A stretch of 64,000 nt of DNA from a virus, in IMG/VR virus record IMGVR_UViG_3300046048_000227, positions 1-64,000 of that record; one strand, 5' to 3'. Numbering within the stretch: position 1 is the first letter of the stretch; every line of letters starts with the position of its first letter. Positions 22,904-31,749 of the stretch are shown here, piece after piece. Both the position numbers and the translations under genes were made by a program. The notes under the pieces are model-generated. The model ran no database searches and had not been told where the DNA came from. It saw nothing but the letters and a program-made list of their open reading frames with translations.

Positions 22904-23539
22904 ATGCCGATCATACAAGTAAAAGGTGAACTACCAAAACGGGTTGAACTGGATGTGTACCCAACCCCGATAGAATATACAAGAGCCGTTTTAAAATTTC
23001 TCCAGCTTTCTCATTACCCAATAGAAAGTTACGAGTACACACTAAGGATACTAGACCCAGGTGCTGGTTCAGGTATATGGGGTCAAGCTGTAAAAGAACT
23101 ATACCCACACGCAGAACTTCATGGTACTGAATTAAGAGATGTACCGCCTCCACCACACTACGATCATTGGCACATAGGAAAGTATGAGCTACTTCCTGAC
23201 ACAGTTGGTAAGTTCGATCTTATTGTAGGCAATCCCCCTTACTATGTACTAGAAGATTTCATGGACAAAAGCTTTGAGCTTTTACATGATTATGGAATGT
23301 TAAGTTTCCTTTTACCTGCCTCTTTTTCTGAGAGCAAGAAAAGGTACTTAAAATATTTTAGTAAGCAGGATTATTACAAACCTACAATGATCATTAACTC
23401 TGTCCGCAGGATAAGTTTCACTGGTGATGGCAAGTCTAATGCTACAGCCTACGCACAGTACACATGGGTTAAGCACGAAAAAATTAATGGAGACCCAGTA
23501 CCTACTTACTGGTTGGATTGGGAATATGACAAAGACTAG
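22904..23539 (+). CDS. DNA N6-adenine methyltransferase
   Basis: YPTP, LDPGAGSG (motif I), GNPPY (motif IV). Confidence 0.85.
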   Translation: MPIIQVKGELPKRVELDVYPTPIEYTRAVLKFLQLSHYPIESYEYTLRILDPGAGSGIWGQAVKELYPHAELHGTELRDVPPPPHYDHWHIGKYELLPDTVGKFDLIVGNPPYYVLEDFMDKSFELLHDYGMLSFLLPASFSESKKRYLKYFSKQDYYKPTMIINSVRRISFTGDGKSNATAYAQYTWVKHEKINGDPVPTYWLDWEYDKD

Positions 23540-24380
23540 TTCATTCGGTGTAAGCAAGAGAGAAAACCACGACGCTACAAGATTCTATGCTCGTAACGTA
23601 TATGATGAGTACTCCAGCTACGAACCTAGGCTACCGGAGGTGCCCGATCCTGAAGACTGGGCAAACGCTCTTATGTGCTCAGATGCTGCACACATAGATA
23701 TTCCTAGAGAAAGCATAGCTCTAACCTTCACATCTCCACCCTACAATGTCGGTAAAGAGTACGAAGAAGACATGACAAAGGATGAGTACGCTGAATTTTT
23801 ATATAACATAGGACTAGAGCTTTACGATGTTACTATTCCAGGGGGTAGGTTTGTTTTCAACACAGCAAACATAGGGCGTAAGCCTTACATTCCTTTAACT
23901 AAGCTTGCCTATGAAATCTTTGCTGATACCATAGGGTTTTTGCCTGCTGGAGAAATTATCTGGGTAAAAGGAAAAGGCGCAAGCGGTAGCTGTGCTTGGG
24001 GTAGCTGGAACAGTGCTAAAGCACCAAGATTACGTGATTTGCATGAGTACTTACTAGTTTTCTGTAAAGAGAACTACTCCAGGTATGACAAAGGCACCTC
24101 AACCATGGAAAAAGAAGAGTTCATGGAGAGTACCCTGTCTACGTGGTACATAGCACCAGAATCTGCTAAAAAAGTAGGGCACCCTGCTCCGTTCCCATTA
24201 GAGCTAGCTAAAAAAGTAATTAACTTGTTCTCTTACAAGGGAGATGTGATCCTTGATCCTTTTGTAGGCTCAGGCACAACATGTATAGCTGCTAAACAGC
24301 TAGAAAGGTACTATGTAGGCGTTGATTATACACAAGAGTACATAGACTTAGCACAAAAACGTATAGATACGCTGGCGTGA
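23526..24380 (+). CDS. Beta-class DNA amino-methyltransferase (likely N4-cytosine)
   Basis: TSPPYN precedes HPAPFP and LDPFVGSGTT. Confidence 0.9.
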   Translation: MTKTSSFGVSKRENHDATRFYARNVYDEYSSYEPRLPEVPDPEDWANALMCSDAAHIDIPRESIALTFTSPPYNVGKEYEEDMTKDEYAEFLYNIGLELYDVTIPGGRFVFNTANIGRKPYIPLTKLAYEIFADTIGFLPAGEIIWVKGKGASGSCAWGSWNSAKAPRLRDLHEYLLVFCKENYSRYDKGTSTMEKEEFMESTLSTWYIAPESAKKVGHPAPFPLELAKKVINLFSYKGDVILDPFVGSGTTCIAAKQLERYYVGVDYTQEYIDLAQKRIDTLA

Positions 24381-24445
24381 AGGGAAAAGGCATACCTACC
24401 TCACTTAAAATGAGGTGATTGGTGGTTCGAGTCCACCCGTCAGCA
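24371..24445 (+). tRNA. trnL: tRNA-Leu(TAA), short variable loop; contains stop codon of upstream MTase
   Basis: cctca-CTTAAAA-tgagg, A73. Confidence 0.9.
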
Positions 24446-24449
24446 CTAT

Positions 24450-24560
24450 GCTGTGAGAGTGATGGGTTAAGGGTTCGAGTCCCTCTCAAAGGTCGCTCCT
24501 TTGTAGCCTATCTAGTGAGTATACGCACGATGGTAAGTAGGTACAGCCCACTCTCACAGC
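24450..24560 (+). ncRNA. T-loop-containing tRNA-like small RNA (Y RNA-like candidate)
   Basis: 12-bp gctgtgagagtg/cactctcacagc enclosing aggg-TTCGAGT-ccct. Confidence 0.6.
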
Positions 24561-24589
24561 AGACAAACGAATTGAATAAGGAGTCTAAG

Positions 24590-24838
24590 ATGATTAGTGT
24601 GAAGCTAGCAGAAACTATTAAGGAAATGAAATTCCAATTAAAAGACCTTACTTATGAGAATTATACAAGTAGTCGTAACGCATTCATTGGCACAGTTAAT
24701 AATGGCGATGTGAGCTTATACCTTGTGTCATTCTCTAGAATAATAAAGGCAAATAACTTTAACAATACTTGGGCACACCCAGAGACTGAAGTGACTGTAA
24801 AAGAATGGGTTGATGTAACTATCACGGTAGACCAATGA
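24590..24838 (+). CDS. Hypothetical protein
   Basis: RBS AAGGAG before ATG 24590. Confidence 0.65.
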   Translation: MISVKLAETIKEMKFQLKDLTYENYTSSRNAFIGTVNNGDVSLYLVSFSRIIKANNFNNTWAHPETEVTVKEWVDVTITVDQ

Positions 24839-25512
24839 GTAACATACTAATCTACCAGATGGGTAGGGTAGGCAGTGTCGCAATTCGCAACTCATTGAAG
24901 GCTGAAGGAGTTAAAGCTACTCATCTACATTACATAATGACAGAAGGTGAGCATCCAGCTAGGCACTTACCAGAACTAAAGGAACAAATACTTGGACGTA
25001 AGGTGCCCTTCAAAATTATTGTTTTAGTACGCGACCCAATAGCTAGGAACATATCGGCTTTCTTCAGAACTCTTGACAATAGAGAATGGACAGGGTATAA
25101 TAGGAAATTGCTGAAGAAGTTTATGACAGAGTATAACCATGTCTGGGCATTAGCTTGGTTCGATCTAGAATTTAACCCTGCTTTCTTTGATATATATGCA
25201 ACATACTATAGTCCAGAACACAGTACTTATAAATTTCCTCCAGCAGATTTTATTATCCTTCGCACAGAAGACTTAAGTAAAAAAAGAACTGCTGACCAGC
25301 TTACTAGTTTCCTAGGAATAGAAAAAATACAAATTATTAAAGCTAACGCAACAGAGTACGCTCCTAAAAGAGCACCTTTGTATAAAGACTTCTTGGATAA
25401 TGTCAAGCTACCACTACACTACGTAGAGTACATGTACAACACCCCGTACACAACACAATTCTATACAGAAAAAGAGATAGAGAGAATGACTAAGCGTTGG
25501 ACAGGAGAATAA
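24835..25512 (+). CDS. Sulfotransferase-fold protein (NKWYS-like family), paralog 1
   Basis: IYQMGRVGS (5'-PSB-like loop), VRDPIARNISAFF (3'-PB-like), LRTEDL, Y...FYT..EI. Confidence 0.8.
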   Translation: MSNILIYQMGRVGSVAIRNSLKAEGVKATHLHYIMTEGEHPARHLPELKEQILGRKVPFKIIVLVRDPIARNISAFFRTLDNREWTGYNRKLLKKFMTEYNHVWALAWFDLEFNPAFFDIYATYYSPEHSTYKFPPADFIILRTEDLSKKRTADQLTSFLGIEKIQIIKANATEYAPKRAPLYKDFLDNVKLPLHYVEYMYNTPYTTQFYTEKEIERMTKRWTGE

Positions 25513-25716
25513 TATGAATCAAGACGTACTAAACACTTTATATTTTGAGCAGGCAGAAGCGCGCACAGTTGACCTACTTAACCAGTATTCAGGAAAGTTA
25601 ACACCACTAATAGAGAAGACGATAAAGAACGAGGTGTCTAGTAGGTACCCTACACTGACAGCAGGGGAGATCAACAGAGTGTATGGCAGAGCAGTAAGAA
25701 AATTTGGAGAGACAGT

Positions 25717-26409
25717 ATGCCAACATTGATTTACCAAATGGGAAAAGTAGGGTCGATATCCTTACTTAAAGGGCTAGCTGCTAACAAAGTAATATCAACA
25801 CATGCCCATAACCTAGTGAATGTTGAAGGAGAATTTTATGTATCACGGAACAAGGCTATAAAGGAAACTATTGAACTACGACTAGACCACTGGAAAGTAA
25901 TCTCACTAGTCAGAGACCCGATAGCTAGGAACATCTCAGCCTTTGTTCATAAACTATCTAAAAAAAACTACAAAGCATTTCCTAAGTATGATCCATACGT
26001 GCTGCATAGCTTATTTGTAAATAAGTATGACCACCATACTCCGCTTAGATGGTTTGATGAAGAGTTTAACTTATTGTTTGACAATGTATACTCTCGCAAG
26101 TTTAGACATAGAGGAAAGTATTTAAAAATCACCAACGCTGAAAAAAACTATGAAGCTTTAGTACTGCGAACAGAAGATTTAAACTGGTACCATAATGTAA
26201 TAAGAAGTTTTGTTGATATACCACACATTACTATGCCCCACTCTAACTCTATGGCAGAAAAGTTCTGGTTTTATAAAGAGTTCGTTGATTTTATGCGAGG
26301 GAAGATACCACATAGTATAGTTAATGCGCTATACAGCAGTAAGTATACCGAGCACTTTTACTCAAAAGAGGAGATACGGGAATTTGTAAGGTATTGGACG
26401 CTCATATGA
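25717..26409 (+). CDS. Sulfotransferase-fold protein (NKWYS-like family), paralog 2
   Basis: IYQMGKVGS, VRDPIARNISAF, WFDEE, YTEHFYS. Confidence 0.8.
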   Translation: MPTLIYQMGKVGSISLLKGLAANKVISTHAHNLVNVEGEFYVSRNKAIKETIELRLDHWKVISLVRDPIARNISAFVHKLSKKNYKAFPKYDPYVLHSLFVNKYDHHTPLRWFDEEFNLLFDNVYSRKFRHRGKYLKITNAEKNYEALVLRTEDLNWYHNVIRSFVDIPHITMPHSNSMAEKFWFYKEFVDFMRGKIPHSIVNALYSSKYTEHFYSKEEIREFVRYWTLI

Positions 26410-26474
26410 AGGGAATTGGCATACCTAGCATACTCAAAATATGCTGTTTCCTGGTTCGACTCCAGGTATGAGCA
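26400..26474 (+). tRNA. trnL: tRNA-Leu(CAA), short variable loop; contains upstream stop codon
   Basis: gcata-CTCAAAA-tatgc, A73. Confidence 0.9.
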
Positions 26475-26475
26475 C

Positions 26476-26504
26476 TTGACAAACGTAACATACTGTGGTA
26501 GTAT
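26476..26504 (+). promoter_or_regulatory. Sigma70-type promoter
   Basis: TTGACA-17-TAGTAT, TGTGG extension. Confidence 0.7.
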
Positions 26505-26590
26505 GGATATATTGTGGCTTATATACTAGTACTCCTGTTGCTTGCGCTTTGTCTAATCTTTGAGATTTTTGATCATCTCAGAGGCAAGTA

Positions 26591-26675
26591 GGAAGGTTGG
26601 CAGAGAGGAAATGCGTCTACTTGCTAAGTAGTAGCCGTCCTAACGGGTGCAGAGGTTCGATCCCTCTACCTTCCG
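26591..26675 (+). tRNA. trnS: tRNA-Ser(GCT)
   Basis: GGAAGGT/ACCTTCC, long V-arm, G73. Confidence 0.92.
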
Positions 26676-27287
26676 CCTAGATTTAGAGGAGTTATTATAT
26701 GGCAAAGAAAATGATATTAAGAAGAATGAACAACTCCCTACCTGAGTTAGTAAGCATGGTAAGAGAGAGCAAGCTAGAGAATAGAGTGTTCTTATGTAGG
26801 AAAGGGCCAGCTATCTTCACTAGTATGTTGTACTTTGCTAAGGCTGAAGACTTACTGAAAGGGGAAGAACCAAACATTCCTGGAATTGGTATGCTATTTT
26901 TTGTAACAGAAAAAGTCAGGCTCCCAGTAGGAGATGCAGATGAAGTAAACCTTATTTTATTAAAAGATTAGTGTAGTCTTGCGCTGGTCTAAGTTTAGAC
27001 TAGAGGAAGCTCAGGACTGCTCCGCTTAATGTAGGAGGATATATGACAGGTGAGTGTACCCACGAACACACAGCAACCTTTACTTATAATGACTGGGTAC
27101 ACCCAGAAACTAGAGAGGAAGTATGTCTAGACTGTCAGAAATCTGTTAGCACTACAGAGGCAGCGACACCAATAGACTCAGTGGGTGAGCGGCACGACAA
27201 GTCTGGTAGGTGGCACCCGCAAGGGACGGCACAGCCGTAGATAGATGCAAGACCACGACAGAATCCTGGCTATCGCACTAATCTTTA

Positions 27288-27316
27288 TTGACTTATCTTA
27301 CCATGTGTGGTATAAT
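27288..27316 (+). promoter_or_regulatory. Sigma70-type promoter
   Basis: TTGACT-17-TATAAT, TGTGG extension, just upstream of tRNA-Cys. Confidence 0.8.
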
Positions 27317-27324
27317 TACTTACT

Positions 27325-27396
27325 GACCTCGTAGCCAAGTGGGAAGGCGGGTGGTTGCAACCCATCTAAGCGCAGGTTCGATTCCAGCCGAGGTCT
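27325..27396 (+). tRNA. trnC: tRNA-Cys(GCA)
   Basis: loop TT-GCA-AC, U73. Confidence 0.92.
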
Positions 27397-27399
27397 CTA

Positions 27400-27471
27400 G
27401 CACCTATCGCCTAAAGGACGGGCACTTGCCTTCGAAGCTTGTCTGTGCAGGTTCGATCCCTGCTAGGTGCT
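27400..27471 (+). tRNA. trnR: tRNA-Arg(TCG), weak anticodon stem
   Basis: loop CT-TCG-AA; two U:U mismatches in stem. Confidence 0.78.
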
Positions 27472-27476
27472 CTTAC

Positions 27477-27550
27477 GCTCCCGTAGCTCAGAGGACTAGA
27501 GCAGTTCTCTTCTAAAGAAAAGGTCACAGGTTCGAGTCCTGTCGGGAGTG
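27477..27550 (+). tRNA. trnR: tRNA-Arg(TCT)
   Basis: loop CT-TCT-AA. Confidence 0.92.
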
Positions 27551-27689
27551 CCTATGAATGATGAATATAGAATAGTTTTTGACTACGAAATTGGTATGGA
27601 AGTCATAGAAATAGTGCCTCCTGCTGATCCTAATATATTAGAGGTATCAGAAGAGGCATTCAATGACTCCTTAGCAGAGTATATAGACA

Positions 27690-27762
27690 GTCCCTGTGGT
27701 TGAGCAGGACACAACACTACCCTGCGAAGGTAGAGACACAGGTTCGATCCCTGTCAGGGACT
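27690..27762 (+). tRNA. trnR: tRNA-Arg(GCG)
   Basis: ctacc-CTGCGAA-ggtag. Confidence 0.88.
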
Positions 27763-27768
27763 CTCTCA

Positions 27769-27842
27769 GGCTGTGTCGTCTACTTAGGTTAGGACAGGAG
27801 GCTTTCAACCTCCAGAACAGGGTTCGAATCCCTGCATAGCTA
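27769..27842 (+). tRNA. trnE: tRNA-Glu(TTC)
   Basis: ggagg-CTTTCAA-cctcc. Confidence 0.92.
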
Positions 27843-28121
27843 CTATAATGAAAATACAAAAGGAAGATGCGATGACAAACAGAACAATGTGCGACGTACT
27901 GCAAGAGATGCGTAAGCTAAACAAAACTCGTAACTACAGTGCACTGGCAGGTCTTATTGAAGAAGCACAGATACTTGGCAATCGCATGGAAGCAGCAGTG
28001 TACGATAAACATGATGTAGAACATTACAACAAAGAAAGAAGAAGATTAAAAGCAGAGCTAAAAAAACTTAAAGATACAAAAGATGCGCTAGAACTTGAGA
28101 TCAGTGAACTAGGAGGAGACG

Positions 28122-28550
28122 ATGGTTAGTAGAGCTACAGTATACTTAGCTGGCGGTATGCACAGTGACTGGCGAGAACAAGTTAAGATGGGAGTACAGC
28201 ACACAGTAAACTTTTTTGACCCCTGCACACATGGATTTAAATCAGAGGATGCTTATACCTTTTGGGACATACAAGCTATAAGAAAGTCTGACATAGTGTT
28301 TGCTTACATGGAACCAGATAACCCGTCCGGTGTAGGTTTGGCATTTGAAATAGGGTATGCTGTAGCTTTAGGACGTAGTGTTATTTTTGTGGATCAATCT
28401 TCTGAAGAAACTAGAAAATACTGGGGTATGTGTAGGGCAGCTAGCACTGTTACCACTACTAGTATAACTGAAGGTATTCACCTACTAAACTACACGATTG
28501 ACTTGATAACAGTAGACCCAAGTGTTGGAATATTACATCCTCCTGGGTAA
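28122..28550 (+). CDS. Nucleoside 2-deoxyribosyltransferase-like protein
   Basis: VYLAG, D..AI..SD, G...EIGYA.ALG. Confidence 0.82.
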   Translation: MVSRATVYLAGGMHSDWREQVKMGVQHTVNFFDPCTHGFKSEDAYTFWDIQAIRKSDIVFAYMEPDNPSGVGLAFEIGYAVALGRSVIFVDQSSEETRKYWGMCRAASTVTTTSITEGIHLLNYTIDLITVDPSVGILHPPG

Positions 28551-28615
28551 GGTGTTGCAGGATACATACCCGATTTGGATTCGGGAGTGCGTAGGTTCGA
28601 TCCCTACTGCCCAGA
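28543..28615 (+). tRNA. trnP: tRNA-Pro(TGG), second divergent copy; contains upstream stop codon
   Basis: cccga-TTTGGAT-tcggg; A37 instead of G37. Confidence 0.82.
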
Positions 28616-28677
28616 CTATATTTACTTATGTTTTAATTATATATGATTACGTGAAGTAATAACTGGAGAAGAAACTT

Positions 28678-29637
28678 ATGGGAAATAAGATGACTAAGTA
28701 CCAATACTTTATTACCTACGAGATACCAGACGCCGACATAAGTAGTTGGCAAGTAATAACCACAGAGCGACCCATTAAAACAACAAAGGATGTGTCTGCT
28801 ATCTTATCTCAAATTTTAATAATGGCAGAAGCTGATCCACCAATCAAGCCACTGAGCATATCATACTTGAGTGAGTACAACATAGAGCTACCCGATAGTG
28901 TCATACTATACCAGATGGGTAGAGTTGGTTCAGTATCTTTGAGATCAGCGTTAGAAAGTTTAGAGATACCAACAAGGCATGTACATTACCTAGCAGACTA
29001 CGGGGAGTACGAATCCAAGCACGATCCTGCTTTCATGAAAAGGATTAAGACAGAAGAAAGAGTATGGACAGTAATAAGTGTTGTAAGAAATCCTATAGCT
29101 AGAAACTTATCTGCTTTCTTCTGGAATATTAATAAGTATTACCCAGACATTGATAAGTACCCAGACTATAGCCCACCATTACTCGACGCTTTCTTATATA
29201 AGTATCCACACTTTACTACTTCTGATTGGTTTGATAACGAGCTTAACAAAGTATTTGACTACGATATATACTCTAAACCTTTCGAGCACAGTATAGGATA
29301 CACCTTATACGAGCGTCTAGTAGAGAAGCCTAAGTTTATTCTGGCTGTAATAAGAACAGAAGATATATCACGTTCTGCAAACAGCATGTTTAGCGATCTA
29401 CTAGGAGTGAAGCCAAAAGACCCAATAGGTAATGTTAACCTAACACATAAAAGAAAAGCAGTGTCTAGAGCTTTCTTAGATTTTCATAAAGAAGCAGTAC
29501 TACCTAAATATTACTTAGACAATATGTTAAACACTAAGTACTGCCAACATTTCTATACTGATGAGGAGAGGGGTAAACTATATGATTACTGGACTAGCAA
29601 TCCTGCTAGCAGAGAGGGATATTCGTCTAATGGATAG
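28678..29637 (+). CDS. Sulfotransferase-fold protein (NKWYS-like family), paralog 3, with ~70-aa N-terminal extension
   Basis: LYQMGRVGS, VRNPIARNLSAFF, WFDNE, IRTEDI, YCQHFYT. Confidence 0.8.
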   Translation: MGNKMTKYQYFITYEIPDADISSWQVITTERPIKTTKDVSAILSQILIMAEADPPIKPLSISYLSEYNIELPDSVILYQMGRVGSVSLRSALESLEIPTRHVHYLADYGEYESKHDPAFMKRIKTEERVWTVISVVRNPIARNLSAFFWNINKYYPDIDKYPDYSPPLLDAFLYKYPHFTTSDWFDNELNKVFDYDIYSKPFEHSIGYTLYERLVEKPKFILAVIRTEDISRSANSMFSDLLGVKPKDPIGNVNLTHKRKAVSRAFLDFHKEAVLPKYYLDNMLNTKYCQHFYTDEERGKLYDYWTSNPASREGYSSNG

Positions 29638-29687
29638 GACAGTTGGTTCTCAACCAGCAGATAGGGGTTCAATCCCCCTATATCCTA
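29616..29687 (+). tRNA. trnE: tRNA-Glu(CTC); contains upstream stop codon
   Basis: gttgg-TTCTCAA-ccagc. Confidence 0.9.
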
Positions 29688-30189
29688 CTTGGAGGTGTCT
29701 ATGGCAACTTTGCACTATGAAAAAATGAGCAACTTCTTAGACAGGTCTAGGAAAGACATTACTGAAGGTGAGTTTAAAGACAGGCTTATGGCTGTGTACA
29801 AAGATATCAACGAAGAGACCAGAGATAGAATGTACGCAGCTTCTAAAAAACTAGGAGGAACAGGCAGTTTCTACCAAGTGCTATTTGTATTTGATACCCT
29901 ATATATGTTAGGACTAGAGGAGTGTAATGGCGAAAGCTAAACAACCATATGAACGTCCAGTAAAAAAAGATTCTCCAGAACTACCAGAGTACAAGAAAGA
30001 GTACAACCAGTTACACTCAATAGTTAAAATAGGAAATATTGTACAAGTTGATATTCGTAAGATGGACGGCTGCTGGAAACTAGCAACTGTCGAAGGTGTT
30101 GTAGAAAAGATAAACATTAACTCAATGAAACTGTCTGGTAGAGACTTTGCCATCCCTTGGTACACTATACATGACTGGGAGATATTAGA

Positions 30190-30615
30190 ATGACTAAAGC
30201 AGCTAAGCTAAGTAAAACACAAGAGTATCAAGACTGGACAGTGCGAACAGCTATATATAGAGACAGCATAGAAGAATACTTAGAAGATCAGCACGCTAAA
30301 AACTCTAACAGAAATTACCCAAAAATACCAGGGGCTAATTACGAAGCTCTCATGCTTGAGATACTATATTTATCTAGCGGTCTTGGTGGAGAAACAGGAG
30401 AAGTTCAAAACCAAATTAAAAAATTAATTAGAGATGGGTACACAGATAGCATTAAAGATAAAATACATGACGAACTGGGTGATGTATTGTGGTATGTAGC
30501 TAGGTTATGTGCTACTCTAGGTCTTGACATGGAAGAAGTTATGCAGTATAATAGGGAAAAGCTTGAGAAGAGACAAGCTGAAGGTAAGTTAAAAGGATCA
30601 GGAGATAACCGATAA
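30190..30615 (+). CDS. MazG-like nucleoside triphosphate pyrophosphohydrolase
   Basis: GL.GETGEV...IKK..RD, ELGDVLWY, N.EKL..R, GSGDNR. Confidence 0.88.
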   Translation: MTKAAKLSKTQEYQDWTVRTAIYRDSIEEYLEDQHAKNSNRNYPKIPGANYEALMLEILYLSSGLGGETGEVQNQIKKLIRDGYTDSIKDKIHDELGDVLWYVARLCATLGLDMEEVMQYNREKLEKRQAEGKLKGSGDNR

Positions 30616-30688
30616 GCGTTTATAGTTCAGTAGGTAGAACGTCTGCTTGCCAAGTAGAAGGTCGTGGGTTCGACCCCCACTAAACGCT
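30616..30688 (+). tRNA. trnG: tRNA-Gly(GCC)
   Basis: loop TT-GCC-AA, U73. Confidence 0.93.
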
Positions 30689-30987
30689 CACAATAACTAT
30701 GACTATACTAGACACATTCCCATTCACAAGACTTGAGTACATGCAGAGCGTAAGTCCTGTTGTCAACCATATATATGAAACAACAGCACCAACAAGCACA
30801 ATTGTATCTCTCTTAGTAGACCCCGTTGGGAAAGACTACTTAGTTAGAAAGTTTAAAGACATAGTTGGAGCTAAAGAAGTACCGCTACTTCGAGATAAAA
30901 ATACTGGTGGGTTGTATCCAGTAACGGCTGTTAGACAATTAAAAGACGGTAGGGTACAGGCTTTTATCCTACTAACCCAAAAATAGC

Positions 30988-31016
30988 TTGACAATAAAGG
31001 TAAAGTACTTTACAAT
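30988..31016 (+). promoter_or_regulatory. Sigma70-type promoter for tRNA-Ser / large ncRNA / tRNA-Ser / rtcB unit
   Basis: TTGACA-17-TACAAT. Confidence 0.8.
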
Positions 31017-31035
31017 AATAGTTGATAATAAATTC

Positions 31036-31125
31036 GGAAGGTTGACAGAATCTGGTATTGTGACGGCTTTGAATACCGATGCCTACCGCAAGATAGTGGG
31101 AGTTCGAATCTCTCACCTTCCGCCA
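31036..31125 (+). tRNA. trnS: tRNA-Ser(TGA) with encoded CCA
   Basis: GGAAGGT/ACCTTCC-GCCA, long V-arm. Confidence 0.88.
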
Positions 31126-31643
31126 GATGCGATCAGGATATAGCCTCGCCTGATAAATGGTGCATGAATCACGGCTCCCGCTAACCAACGAGCGGAAAAA
31201 ATTTGTGCAGCACCACACCTGCTACTGTGCCTAATGGTAGTTTTCCTCAGAGCACTAGGGGTGCAGCCAGCGTAAGCTGGAAGGCTTGTTCGAGACAAGC
31301 TGAGGAAACTGCAACTCATGTGGGGCGTCTCTCCCCAGAGAACCATGAGAAAAAGGTGTGACCCTGAGACCACACTTGGCAAAGGGAGACTGTCAGGAGA
31401 GACTGACACCCAAAGGTTCCTCCCTGTTGAAAGAGTCCCTGATGACTCTGACTGTTTGGGGCACAAGACTAAGACCCCTGCGAAAGCTGAACTTTCTAAA
31501 TAGGGAGGTCTACGCGGAAGTGTACAATGATGTACCATCTAGACTTAGCGGTTGACGATGAGGGAGCGAAACCCTACTTCTGCTCTAGCCTTACCTACCA
31601 TGTGTAGGAAAAGATCGTGGATCGTAGTAATGCGATCCATGCA
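31126..31643 (+). ncRNA. Large (~515 nt) ornate ncRNA, GOLLD/ROOL-like candidate
   Basis: More than 15 stems, nested multiloops, GNRA and T-loop-like loops; bounded by two tRNAs. Confidence 0.75.
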
Positions 31644-31731
31644 GGAAGGTTGGCAGAGAGGAAATGTGACCGCCTGGAAAGCGGTAGCCTACGGTAATAC
31701 CGTAGCGAAGGTTCGATCCCTTCACCTTCCG
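31644..31731 (+). tRNA. trnS: tRNA-Ser(GGA)
   Basis: accgc-CTGGAAA-gcggt, long V-arm. Confidence 0.92.
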
Positions 31732-31749
31732 CCTAATAAGGAGTAGAGA

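Noticed and set aside
31113-31746. ORF-track ORFs overlapping the large structured region, and an RNase P RNA interpretation
   Set aside because: The ORFs lack RBSs, overlap tRNAs and have atypical composition; GAGGAAACTGC does not match the RNase P GAGGAAAGTCC core and the other conserved regions are missing.
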